Source of the DNA: Octopus vulgaris
Lineage: Eukaryota
Assembly: GCA_951406725.2 (NCBI GenBank)
Contig: OX597817.1
Location: forward strand, 131,812,001 to 131,876,000
DNA: 64,000 bases
Direction: 5' to 3'
Shown here: one piece after another, positions 24,925 to 38,034 of the stretch
Layout of the letters: each line of letters begins with the position of its first letter
How positions within the stretch are numbered: the first letter of the stretch is position 1
Notes under the pieces: model-generated
What the model saw: only the letters and a program-made list of their open reading frames with translations
Told to the model about the DNA's origin: nothing
Databases searched by the model: none
Position numbers and translations under genes: made by a program

Positions 24925-25147
24925 AAAATTAATCCAAACAAGAAAGCACAAAAATAAAAACACAACAACGCGAGGACGTGGAACAAATATAGTATTGTTG
25001 GACGCTCAGGAACGAAGGAAAGAAGGAGGGTTTTAACGCTTTCGAGCGGAGCGAGATCTTCGTCGGAAACATAGGAGAAGGAAAGACAGAGGACAGAGGG
25101 AAGGCAAGACAGAGGAAAAAAAAAAATCCCCAACGGTACACACGCGG

Positions 25148-25150
<3 letters not shown>
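24925..25150 (-). mobile_element. Family H1 element (second copy) with disrupted hammerhead at 25030-25070
   Basis: Minus strand GTTT-CCGACGA-AGA-tctc-GCTCCGCTC-GAAA-g-CGTT-AAAAC; shares TTGTTCCACGTCCTCGCGTTG..TTCTTGTTTGGATTAA with the 19691 copy; (TA)n flanks. Confidence 0.7.
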
Positions 25151-25188
<38 letters not shown>

Positions 25189-25302
25189 TATATTTTTGTA
25201 CATATACATATAAATATATACATTTATTTATATATATACATTCATACACACACACGTATGTATATGTATGTATGTATGTGTGGGTGTGTGTATGTAAAAT
25301 AC

Positions 25303-25700
25303 TGGCATGTCTATGTGGTAAGAAGTTTGCTTCCCAACCACATGGTTTCGGGTTCAGTCCGGTGCGTATTACCTTGGGCAAGTGTCTTCTGCTAATGTTG
25401 AGCACAGCACTATGACCAGAATTGGATAGGCGGAAACTGAAGGAAGCTTGCCGTATAAATATGCGTGTCTATGTATATTTCTTTGAGTTCTTCTCTCTCG
25501 CCTTGACAACCGATATTGGTTTGTTTACGTCTGCGTAACCTAGGGGTTCGGGAAAAGAGACCAGTAGAGGAAGTACCAGGCCTGAAAGGAGAGAGAACCT
25601 GGGTCAATTCGATTGACTAAAAATTCTTCAGTGTGATGCAACCAGCATTTCACGCCGGGTAATGATTGACACAAGAAAAACAATATCAAATATAAAAGAA
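25303..25700 (+). mobile_element. SINE family B, degenerate
   Basis: TGTGGTAAGAAGTTTGCTTCCCAACCACATGGTTTCGGGTTCAGTCC..CTTGGGCAAGTGTCTTCTG..CCTTGACAACCGATATTGG. Confidence 0.85.
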
Positions 25701-25933
25701 GATAAGAAAGAGGGCTGGTTTCAAACTTTTGGCCTTCTAGCATCCGATTGTATCCGAGGAGCGCTAACAGACCGAAATTTCGAAGTCACTATCATCCTTC
25801 CGTATATAAAAGAATAATAAATATATTCTTTACACAGAATCATCGAGTATTTCTTTAGTCTAATGTCAAATTGCCTTTATTACCAATTGACAGAAAAACA
25901 AACATTTATATACACACACAACAATATGTAGGC

Positions 25934-25971
<38 letters not shown>

Positions 25972-26046
25972 GTATATATATATACACATAAATATATATA
26001 TAAATATATATATATGAATATATATATATAAATATATATATAAATA

Positions 26047-26091
<45 letters not shown>

Positions 26092-26579
26092 CATATATAT
26101 ATATACGCACATATACATACATACATACATACACATATATGTACCTGCGTATCTGTATATTCGTCTTAGTCCAGTGTCGGTATAGAGAAACTGGCAACAA
26201 GCTTGGAGCAAAATCAAACACTACTATGACGTCATCGTATTTCTATGGCCCCTGTACAGATACATATACTGAATGGCTGATTGATTGCTGTGTTTTATGT
26301 TAGATCAATATACACAATTAGGTTATTGATTTCTATTGAATGTATAAGGTGGATATTGTTAGAGTCTGTGGAAATGAATATTGTAGGATCAGGCAATAGG
26401 ATTTAATGAAGCAAGCAACCAAAGGGAAGGGGGAGGAGTAAAACGAGCAAAACGCACTCCTCGACACACACAACCACATACATGTGCTTATCTATCTATC
26501 TATATATATATATATATATATACATATATACATATATACATATATATATATGCATATATACATATACATACGCACACAT

Positions 26580-26652
<73 letters not shown>

Positions 26653-27350
26653 ATATATGTCATATATAGTTGCGTGCGCGCGCTCGTGTGTGTATGTGTT
26701 GGTGTGTAACAGTTCTGCGTTGAAAGAAATGTGTGTATAAAAAAGAAGCAACAAAAAATACCATACATACATTCATACATACATGCATGCGCACATATGT
26801 CTGTTTATATATGTGTATACATATACGTGTATGCGCATATGTATGTTAATATATATGTTTGTGTGCGTGTGTGTTTGTGTATATTTACATTCGTATATAT
26901 GGTTTTCAAGTTTGTATTTTTTAAATATGTAAGCATTTATATACAGATGTATTTACACACGCAGCCACACACATACATATATACATATATGTATATGAGT
27001 CTGTATATGTGCGTGCGTGTGCATATTGACATTTTCTCGTCCATATTGATTTACGCAGGGATGTTAAAAAAGTATCTGTATTCGTGTATAGAACAATGAT
27101 TCGTAAAGATAAAAATATTCGACATGGAATGGACCTAGAACGATTGATGGTGTTTACCAGGGAGTGACTCTCGATCAGAGATACGAAAACACACAGCATC
27201 AATTCCATACCGAAAATTTGTAAACAAAATTCTAAATTCTCTCTCTTTCCTTCTCTGAGTCTCGTTTCTCATCCTCCTCTCTCTCTCCCTGTCTCTCTGT
27301 CTCTGTTTCAGAGTATATATTTTTTATACAAACATATCTTTCAACTCAGA

Positions 27351-27463
<113 letters not shown>

Positions 27464-27519
27464 TATATTTCTTTATTTTATAGTTGTTGCTTAAAGTAAT
27501 AGGATGGTAGATTCTTAGG

Positions 27520-27746
27520 CAGTATATTAATGCTTCACCATATCGCGGTTCACCTATCACAGTTTATTATTAAAGCTTATGTCAATTCCTCTGTGGAGTT
27601 GTTTTGCATTTATAATACAATAAATATATACAAATTATAGAAACAATAAAACAAAACTTACAGAAGAGTACTATTTCTACTTCGCGGATTTTCACCTATC
27701 GCGGAGGTCTTAGAACGTAACCCCCACGATAGCCATGAGATTACTG
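27520..27746. mobile_element. pogo/Tigger-like MITE (reverse orientation relative to the 59820 copy)
   Basis: Reverse complement of 59820-60045 (CCATATCGCGGTTCACCTAT..TTAAAGCTTA..TTGTTTTGCATTTATAATA..CTTCGCGGATTTTCACCTATCGCG..GATTACTG|TA). Confidence 0.8.
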
Positions 27747-28519
27747 TATTTATAATTTTAGCACTGTTAGTATCCTGCATAAATGGTACTGCCTAGGCAT
27801 CGAAACCACAGCGAAATCCGTTTGCTAGCTGATGATGGGAAAACACGTGTATTATTTATATCTTGGGTGTTGTTGTACTGAGTTGTCCCTTGTTGTAATG
27901 TGGGGACATTTTGTGGATTCGTATATTGTGGGATCGCTTACACTGGTCTTGATTGTTTGTTCTTCATAATGTAATCTAGTTATGTTTGGACAACGCTTCA
28001 AAATTGGTTTCTAATTTTGGGTGATTCTGTGGCATACACGCACATACGCCCACACATACACACACATAGATAGATGGATGTATACACGAATATTTACATA
28101 TATAGACCTATTACATGTGACCTATTACATGTGTGCGTGTGTGTCTGTGTGTGTGAAAATGTGAAATGAGGGCAATTATATGAAAGCTAATTTAACACCT
28201 GAGCATTAGCTGATAATTTGGTTCAATAACGAGGGGTGAGTGAAAAGCATTATCTGTTTCATATTGACTGGGGGGTCGTATAACTACTAATTCATTCAAT
28301 TATATAAATAACCTTTAGTCAAAAATTGGAGGTTTATTCAATGGTGCCTAACAAGGTTTCTGCAAACTGGAAACTCAGGTAATACCAGTATAGTGGAAGA
28401 TAGCCAAGCAGGTTTGGGTCGAGAGTGCAAAGCGCCAAGCTTCAACGTCCAAATAAATTCCACAAGTAAATATTTGGTTTTGCTCGGAGGCACATGAGTA
28501 ATATACGCAAATATATACA

Positions 28520-28708
28520 CAATGTTGGCACAAGGCCAGCACTCTCGACGAATTGGCTGAGTCAATATTATCGACCCTATTATTTGAATGGTAGTTTGAT
28601 TTATCGACCCCTGAAACGATGAAAGACGGAGTTTAATCTCAGAATATAAAGATGGAAGAAATGCCGCTAAGCAATTTTCCACACGCGCTTACGGTTCTGT
28701 TAGGTTGC
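28520..28708 (-). mobile_element. SINE family A, degenerate
   Basis: TTTATCGACCCC.GAAACGATGAAAG..CTCAGAATATAAAGATGGAAGAAATGCCGCTAAGCA..TTCTG. Confidence 0.7.
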
Positions 28709-28876
28709 CTTATATACATACATACACACATACATACTGTATGTATGTATGTATGTATGTATGTATGTATGTATGTATGTATGTATGTATGTATGTGTGT
28801 ATGTATGTATGTATGTATGTATGTATGTATGTATGTATATATGTATGTATGTATGTATATATATATATATATATAT

Positions 28877-29224
<348 letters not shown>

Positions 29225-29456
29225 AGAGACTGAGGGACGAGATGGAGAGAGAGAATATGTGATCTAAACGAATAGATACGCTGGTCATCCATTAGGTTCC
29301 AACTTCACAGCTGAGGCTGGGGCAAGGGATCTAGATTAGGCTTCCGAGTTAGCAGGTATATATTAGAGGAAAAAGGACAAGAAAAACCAAGCAGGACGAC
29401 AGGACGTGTTTCTCAAGTCATTTAGAATATTTAAGTAGGGTAAGGTGAATTTGAAA

Positions 29457-29530
29457 TCTTACAGCTGTTTCTGGGATATCCCAAGCGATAGGCTAGCATG
29501 ACCGTACACTGGGTATTACGTCATCAGAGC
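29457..29530 (-). ncRNA. Hammerhead-like motif with canonical core and long stem II (degenerate)
   Basis: Minus strand GCT-CTGATGA-cgtaatacccagtg...cttgggatatccca-GAAA-CAGCTGT-A-AGA; palindromic stem III ACAGCTGT; only 2 clear bp in stem I. Confidence 0.45.
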
Positions 29531-29602
29531 TAATGTGAGTATGTATAAAAGATCTAGACAGGGAAATAATGAGTGATACACAGAAAGTCTCAATATACAT
29601 AC

Positions 29603-29666
<64 letters not shown>

Positions 29667-30289
29667 AAAAAATGAAGTTCGAAAATGCTGCTATATTATA
29701 CAATTTTTAATTTTTATATATACATTATAACATGTTTCAGTTCCTGAAATGAACCTTATCAAAAAAAGTTATATATAAAAAAAGACATTTCTTCATTTTA
29801 TATATATATATATATATATATACATGTGTATATGTATATGTATACATATATACATACATGTTGACGTACATATATATCAAAATATAGCGCGTAAGAAGCG
29901 TAGGTAGTTACAATTCTATGTGATGCATACAAAGAACACATGGATGAGATTAATATAAACACACAAAAGGTGTGATTTTGTAATGAAACCAATAATTGGA
30001 AAAGGAACAGTTCAAAGAAGCCTTGTTTCTGGCATAGATTGAGACTTTCTGTGTATCATTAATTACCTTTTTGACTGACATTTATTCTCATCACTCTTGC
30101 GAAGCGTTAATGTGGGCTCAACTAAGTTTCTTTCTTTCCTCAACCTGAATACTGCCGCCCAACAAAATTCGTTTCTGAGTTCCTATCAAGTGTGTACCTG
30201 GCTTTCCATGAGTCATGCGTAGACTGACGACCGTGTTATGAACTTTAGACCAGGCAGAAAAAAAAAGAAAAAGTTGTCGCAGACGTGAC

Positions 30290-30680
30290 TATCTGGTAAG
30301 AAGTTTGGCTTTCCAACAAAATGGTCGCAGGTTCAGTCCCACTGCGTGGAACCTTGGCCAATTATCTTCTACTATAGCTCCGGACCGAATAAGGTCTTGT
30401 GAATAGATTACATAAATGGAAACTGAAAGAAGCCCATCGTGTACATACACACACACACACACATATATATATACACAGTGTATGTGTGAGTGTTTAACCC
30501 CAACCACCACTTGACAACCGGTGTTGGTGTGTTTATGTCCCTTATCCTAGCAGATAGAGTAATTACTAGGTTTTGCAAAATATAGTACCGGGGCGATCGT
30601 TTCGACTAAAGTCCTTCAAAGTGGTGCTCCAGCACGGCCGAAGTCTAATGACCGAAAGAAATGAAAGATAAAAGATAAAA
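30290..30680 (+). mobile_element. SINE family B
   Basis: TGGTAAGAAGTTTGG..GGTTCAGTCCCACTGCGTGG..GAAACTGAAAGAAGCCCATCG-(CA)n(TA)n-CTTGACAACCGGTGTTGGTG..GTGCTCCAGCACGGCCG. Confidence 0.85.
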
Positions 30681-31421
30681 AGAAGAGAAATACTCCGTGG
30701 TCTGCAGCAGTTGTGTGAGTCTGGGAATCTGGCATATCCATATGTTGGCTGTAAGTTTGTTGTCCGATAAAATAATACGAAATGAAAGCTAAATTAGGAG
30801 CGAAAGAGTCATTAATTATATTTAGTTATGCAATCATTAGAAATATACGAGAAATCAAACAGAAACTGATATATTCTGTGAATAAAGAATGACCAGAGAT
30901 ATTAAAATATAATCTGGCACAAAAGACTACAACTGTGACATTTTCAGGATAGCAATCGTCAAATACCAATGCTTATAGATCAAACACAAAAATGCATAAT
31001 CAATGGAACAAAACACACTGCCAAAGGAATGAGTAGTTACAATAGCAACAAAGTTAGCACAGACCTGGCTTTACATGTAAATACAGTCAAAGAGGGTGAG
31101 TGAGAGGGAGAGAGGGAGAAAGAGAGAAATAATACTCATTTATTGTATCTCTGATATAAAAAAAAAAGGGAATACATTACATCATTGTGCCAGATAAGTA
31201 ATGAGCGAAAACAAAGTCTTAGCTGTGAGGTATTTGGCAACCATGTCGATTCTGGTTCAATCGCACTGCACGGCACTTTGGGCAAGTGACTTGTATGATA
31301 GCCTTGTGAGTGGATTTAGTAGACGGAAACTGAAAGAAAATCATCGTATATATATGCGACTGTCTGTATATATCTATGTATATATGTATGTACGTATGTA
31401 TGTATGTGTGTATGTATGTGA

Positions 31422-31501
<80 letters not shown>

Positions 31502-31512
31502 ATATATGTATA

Positions 31513-31548
<36 letters not shown>

Positions 31549-31809
31549 CACACATATATATATATATATATATATAGATAGTGTGTGTATGTGTGTGTAT
31601 ATGTGTTTGTGTGCGCGCGCGTGTGTGTGTGTGTGCGCGTGTGCGCGCGCTCTTATATGCACGGATGCTTTACTGCTATTGATCAGATTAGAGCTTCTTG
31701 CAGTGTAATCATTCAGTCTTCTTCAGGCAAAGTGGTGTGGTTTCTACTGTACTTTCCAGCAGTGTCCGTTAAGATATACGGAACAAATATAAGAAAAATA
31801 ATAATAAAT

Positions 31810-31995
31810 GCACGCCGGGCGAAATGCTTACCAGTATTTCGTCTGTCTTTACGTTCTGAGTTCAAATTCCGCAGAGGTCCACTGTGCCTTTCATCCTTTC
31901 GGGGTTGATAAATTAAGTACCAGTCAAGTACTAGGGTCGATCTAATCGACTGGTCCCCTCCCCCAAATTTTCGGGCCTTGTGCCTAGAGTAGAAA
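31810..31995 (+). mobile_element. SINE family A (alternative tail)
   Basis: GCACGCCGGGCGAAATGCTTA..TTTCATCCTTTCGGGGTTGATAAATTAAGTACCAG..TTTCGGGCCTTGTGCCTAGAGTAGAAAA. Confidence 0.9.
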
Positions 31996-32304
31996 ATATA
32001 TATTCGGCACCATTGTCCCATGTTGTAAATTCATAGTTATTTTGCTGCAGAGTGTCGTACTTTTATGGCCGATATTGTAGTTGGGTTCACAAAGTTTGCA
32101 ACTTCCACATTTGCAATCAAATTTATAAATTACACTAGTAATTAGCAGATTTTTTTGGAATTCACATACTTAATGTTTCCCATTGGTAAGAGGGTTTGTA
32201 ATATTTTGTAAAATGTTGGTTTTTGAATTTGCCTTTTTGAAACCGTATGCTGAAAGCGAAACTTTTCTAATTTGGGATGAACGCATTCGAAGAAAAGAGC
32301 AACG

Positions 32305-32339
<35 letters not shown>

Positions 32340-32719
32340 ACACACACACACAAACACACATACACACACGCGCGCGCGCACACACACGCGCGCGCGCGCG
32401 CACACACACACACGAGCGCCTCTGCTTGCCACTATAACAAACACAAGTAAGATAATATCAATAGTCCAATGGGAAATCAAGAGAATCATTAAAATGCCCA
32501 GAGTAGTGTGACGAAAAATGTTGAACAAATTGACTATTAATTAATTAATTAGTTAATTAATAAATTAATTTTCAAGTAAAGTGAAGTGAACTACAGCCAG
32601 TGGGTTGGATCTTTCTTATTGGCAGTGTGACATTCTAAAATATAGCAAAATTTTAATTTCAGTAATTTTGGAATAAATTATTAGTGTTAATTGACGCTTT
32701 AATATCACGGATTTCGGAG

Positions 32720-33010
32720 GGCGGCGAGCAGGCAGAATCATTAGCGCGCCGGACGAAATGCTTAGCGGTATTTCGTCTGCCGCTACGTTCTGAGTTCAAA
32801 TTCCGCCGAGGTCGACTTTGCCTTTCATCCTTTCGAGGTCGATTAAATAAGTACCAGTTACGCACTGGGTATGATATTGTAATGAAACCAGTCAAAAAAA
32901 AAAGAAGAAAAGGAAAAAGTTGTCGCAGCTGTGGCTGTCTGGTAAGAAATTTGTTTCCCGTCTTTGTCTGTCCTCTCTATGTGTAGTCTCCTCTGGGCAA
33001 TAAAGAAATA
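32720..33010 (+). mobile_element. SINE family A with short internal insertion
   Basis: GGCGGCGAGCAGGCAGAATCATTAGCGCGCCGGACGAAATG..AAGTACCAGTTACGCACTGGG, then tail GGGCAATAAAGAAATAA. Confidence 0.9.
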
Positions 33011-33339
33011 ACTATTATAAATATTTGTCTCCTCTTTTGCGATGTTTTCAACAATAATTTCATCTAGTCTCTACTTAGTTTCATTTAATTTTATATAATA
33101 CACTTTATGTGTAGTTTCTATGTTTTAAGTAGGTGTGGTGTCCAATGTATTCGTTGCCTCATGTTTGTGCTTTTTATTGGTCTATGACTTGAATACCAAC
33201 ATTAAGCGTGTGTTTTATATTTGAGATATATCTTTAGTGCATCCATTGCAAAGAACATAGTGGCTCTCTTAAACCACTGATTGTAATAGTGTGAGCATTC
33301 ATTACCTACATGGAAGAATATGCATTTATTAATCTTTTC

Positions 33340-33545
33340 TATTATAGGCAAAAGGCCTGATGTTTGGGGGAAGGGATTAAGTCGATTACATCGACCCTAG
33401 TCCGTAACTGGTACTAATGTTATCGACCACGATAGGATGAATGGCAAAGTCAACCTCGGCGGAATTTGAACTCAGAACGTAACGGCAGACGAAATACCAC
33501 AACCCATTTCGCCCAGCACGTTAACGATTCTGCCAGCTCACCGTC
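33340..33545 (-). mobile_element. SINE family A
   Basis: AAGTCGATTACATCGACCC..GGCAAAGTCAACCTCGGCGGAATTTGAACTCAGAACGTAACGGCAGACGAAATACC..TCTGCCAGCTCACCG. Confidence 0.9.
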
Positions 33546-33821
33546 TTAAGATACATTTATTAATGCCATTCTTCTGATCGGGTTTAACGCTTCCGCTATT
33601 TACATTTTTTTTTATCTAAATGTTTATGTCTAGACATTGAGTGAGTCAGAGTGACCACTAGATATAAAAGCATAGTTCTCAATGTTGTGTCTAAGCACGG
33701 AGATGTTTCCGTGGTTTCCTCAATCTACATTATTCCTTTTTTGACGTCTTCCGATCTATCCATTGCGAGGAATGCGTCGCTCACATACAGACTATATGCA
33801 TTGTGTAGTTGTGTCCTTGTA

Positions 33822-33881
<60 letters not shown>

Positions 33882-34465
33882 GCTTGTGACTGTGCTGTTG
33901 TTTTCCTGTCTATTCACAACCGTCGGTATCCAGCAGACCCACACTGAAAGATATTTCAATCACGACAGTTCCGTTTTCTTCATTGTTATAATATATCTCG
34001 GACTGGGAGTGCTTTACATTTGCTAATTCAAGTAAAGCCAATGACCACTTTTCTTATTGAGAAGTGAATACGTGTGAGAATTCGAAAACAAGCTCAGAAA
34101 CTCAGAGATTTGCAACTATTACAGGCATAGGTAGAAGGAAAAGTTCCTGTTGAAACGTTAGGGAAAGCCAGATCACAGTCATTTACCATTTTCTTCAGAT
34201 AAGGGTATCCTGTTTTCGGTTAACGAATGCCTAAGAACTTGTGATATTACATAGAGCATCGAAATGTATTATGTATAAACGTTGTTACGTCATAAGCTAT
34301 GTGGCTCCTCGAAACAGCTGTCACGATAAGACAATCACATGACTTTCGTTTACTTCGTTTCTTTATTTCGTGCTTTGTATTTTACATTTCATGTCATTAT
34401 ATACATTAAGCCGACTTCTGTTTATCTGCCTTTTTCCTCATATATTGCTCTCTCTCTCTTTCTCT

Positions 34466-34511
<46 letters not shown>

Positions 34512-34519
34512 GTGTGTGT

Positions 34520-34740
34520 GTTTGTGTGTGTGCATTAGTGTGTCTGTGTTTGTCCCCTCACCATCGTTTGACAACCGATGTTGGTGTGTTTACGTCTCCG
34601 TAACTTAGCGGTTCGGCAAAAGACACTGATAGAATAAGTACTAGGCTTCGAAAGAATAAGTTCTGGGGTCAATTTGTTCGACTAGAGGCGGTGCTCCAGC
34701 ATGGCCACAGTAAAATGACTGAAACAAATAAAAGAATAAA
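34520..34740 (+). mobile_element. SINE family B, 3' half
   Basis: TTTGACAACCGATGTTGGTGTGTTTACGTCTCCGTAACTTAGCGGTTCGGCAAAAGAC..GGCGGTGCTCCAGCATGGCC..ATGACTGAAACAA. Confidence 0.9.
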
Positions 34741-35274
34741 CGAATATACATACACATGCACATATACATAAAGGCTTATGTAAGGATATATATGTATGCA
34801 AATATGTGCGTGCGCGTCTGTTTGTGTGTGTGTCTGTGTGCATGTGTGTGTGTTTGTGTGCGACATTGTGTGTGTATGTATAAATCAACGGTTGTTTGTA
34901 TCTGATTTTGCTTATTATAAAAAGTTGGTTTAGGGAAGCGAAATAGCAGCGCCGTTGCAGCTTTGTTTATAAATGTCTCAAGCTCGAATTCAGCGTATCA
35001 AAACTTCAACTGTCATTCTTCAGAAACCGATAAATTATAAACCGAAGATAGCAAAAAAATCTAAATAATCGATTAACACCCGTAACTCAAAAATCTCATG
35101 GTTCTGCTTAAATTAAAAACAACCATCAAGGGTAACCACATGGCAGAATTTTTTGAACGTCAGCAAATACATTACGGTACTGTTACAGCTTCGTGTATTC
35201 TACGTTCAAATTCAGCGATAAAACACGTATCAAATGCAACACCAGCTTACTTGATATTTTTGTAACATAATGTG

Positions 35275-35630
35275 ACACTCCGTCGGTTGCGACGACGAGG
35301 GTTCCAGCTGATCCGATCAACGGAACAGCCTGCTCGTGAAATTAACGTGCAAGTGGCTGATCACTCCACAGACACGTCTACCCTTAACGTAGTTATCGTG
35401 GAGATTCAGCGTGACACTGAGAGTGACAAGGCTGGCCCTTTGAAAAACAGGTACAACAGAAACAGGAACAAAGAGTGAGCGAAAGTTGTGGTGAAAGAGT
35501 ACTGTATGGTTCGCTACCACCCCCTGCCGGAGCCTCATAATGCCCTGTCTGGGAGACGAAACCGCGATCCTACAACCGCGATCCTACAACCCCGAATTTG
35601 CTGCCTTAACCAATGGGCCATTCCGCTTCC
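35275..35630 (-). mobile_element. SINE family C variant
   Basis: CACTCCGTCGGTTGCGACGACGAGGGTTCCAG..CTGCTCGTGAAATTAACGTGCAAGTGGCTGA..GACAAGGCTGGCCCTTTGAAA; tRNA-like head at ~35540-35630. Confidence 0.85.
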
Positions 35631-35689
35631 ATGTTATAATATACACTAATTTCCACTAATGTACAGGTATCTGTATTTCATTTAATTAT

Positions 35690-36060
35690 TTAAATTCTGC
35701 CGCGGTCCACTTTGTCTTTTTTTTGGGGGGGGATCGATAAAATAAGTACCAGTTGAGCACTGGGGCGATGTAATTAACTTACCACCATCCTACAAACTTG
35801 CTGGTTTTCTGCCAAAATTTATAACCAATATTAATTTAAGACGATGAGCTAGCAGAGTCGCTAGAACGTCGGACAAAATGCTTAGCGGCATTCCGTCCGA
35901 TTTTATGTTTTGGGTTCAAATTCCACCGCAGTCGATTATGCATTTCATCCTTTCTGGGTTGACAAAATAAGTACCTGTTGAACAGTCGGGTGGACGCTAT
36001 CCAACTTAACTCCTTTCACCCGGTTTATCTGGCAGTGTTCCAAAATTTGAAACCAATATT
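35690..36060 (+). mobile_element. Two tandem degenerate SINE family A copies (35690-35830, 35838-36060)
   Basis: Both contain TCAAATTC/TAAATTC..AAAATAAGTACC..CCAAAATTT.AAACCAATATT. Confidence 0.8.
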
Positions 36061-36915
36061 TATTTCATTTGGTGTATGTTGACCAATGTGAACCCAACCC
36101 CCACTCCCTTTTTTTTTTTCAGAAGAGTCAGTAGTCCGGAAAGGCTTTGGAAAAGTTCCGGAAAATCGATGATGTACTGAGATCGATATTTGCATTTAAC
36201 CCTTTCTCGCAGAATTTCAGTCTTATCTAACTATTTTAGAAACAGTTATTAATACGTGATTATATTTGTCTGTCAGTGTAGGTTTTCTGCGGAGATTTTC
36301 ATCTCCTCTGTCTTTCACCATTTATAGTAATTCAGGATCTCCGTCAGTTAGCTATGATGACGCTGTCATCCCCTTCACTAGTCTCTTGTTCAAGGTTGCT
36401 GACATTTTCGTTTTATTCTTTTTGCTTCTCCCCGTCTCTCTGTGATTCTCCGTCTGCCTCTTTCGCTCTGTCTCTCTTATGCGTTGCCATCAGTCGTAAG
36501 TAGTAAATTTTTACTTACGTCAGTCGTCGAAGTGCGTAAATAGAACTCTCCAGTGTTGAAAACTGAATCAAAGTAGTAAATGGAGAAATTACCCAGTGTC
36601 ACACGGCGAATATTGATGAGTGAATATTGACGTGAATCTTTGAAGAACTGCTATTATTATCTTTCACAGATCTAATGTTAGAAACTATGTAGAAAAATCA
36701 GAAAGGAAGGGGTGACAGTGATAAAAAATCAGCAGAAATGGAATTCCACAAATAGCTTTGACATTCCAAGCCACCAGCTTAAAGGTGTTGACGTCATTAG
36801 TGTTTCAAGATGATAAAAATAAAGTAACTTCTCATGTTATGAGTTGAAATAAGCATAAAACGTCAGAGAGACCACGGCGTGTGTATCAGGCATGAAATAT
36901 GTTTACATGGGTTTA

Positions 36916-36982
<67 letters not shown>

Positions 36983-37059
36983 GAGTCTGTGTGTGCGTGT
37001 ATCTGTCTGTATGTATTATGACGTATATGTATGTATATATGTAAGTGTGTATGGTGAAT

Positions 37060-37096
<37 letters not shown>

Positions 37097-37242
37097 GTTG
37101 TTTGTGAGTGTATGTACATTCACACACACACAAACACCTACCCATTAACACACATATATATATATATGTATGTGTCTGTGTATTATATATACGTGCGTGT
37201 GTGCGACTTCGTGCGTATGTATGTATGTGTGCGTGCGTGCAC

Positions 37243-37285
<43 letters not shown>

Positions 37286-37937
37286 CACATGCTTTTTAGA
37301 AACGTTCTTTTATAAATTCTGGGAGATCATTCATGCATGAATTAATGAATCTTATGCTACATATTTCCTGATACATAAAAAAACAAACCCGCACACACGC
37401 ATATTCTCTGATATATGTATATCGATTTTTAGTTGTGTTTCTATGAATGCATGTATATATCTTCATGTATATGTGAGGGGAGCGGTCGTGTATCTATAGG
37501 TGTGTATACTATTAATAAGTATTCATTTCCTGTGTAGGGAACGCCGTAAATTTCCGGCCTGTCTTGATTGCGACACCATTTGAGTTCCTTATTATATCCT
37601 CAGAACGTACACAGCTAACGTCCTTCGTAAAGGGCAGGAAAGCCACCCACTCACTCTCTCACTGCTATTTTATTAATATATTGAAATGCGGTGATTGCAG
37701 TTAGTGGAAAAAGAAATTAATAATATTTTCTAATATTGCTATTCTACGTCATAAGTAAGACACTTATTTACAACACATGGCCGAAGTCGATGGGGTTTGC
37801 TGCCGTTTAGTTTTGTCTGGCTTCTGAGGGATGAAAGCTAAACAGATTGAACTATCTGCTAGCTTAGTCCTTTGACTCACCTACATACTGTGCGAAGAAA
37901 TTTGAGCACTGCTAATTAGCTCGAACCAAAAATGCAT

Positions 37938-37993
<56 letters not shown>

Positions 37994-38034
37994 ATATACA
38001 CACACAAACACACACACACACATATATATATTTA

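Noticed and set aside
25755-25800. CCGAGGA..GACC-GAAA-TTTC hammerhead-like spacing
   Set aside because: Stems I and II do not pair adequately; single copy.
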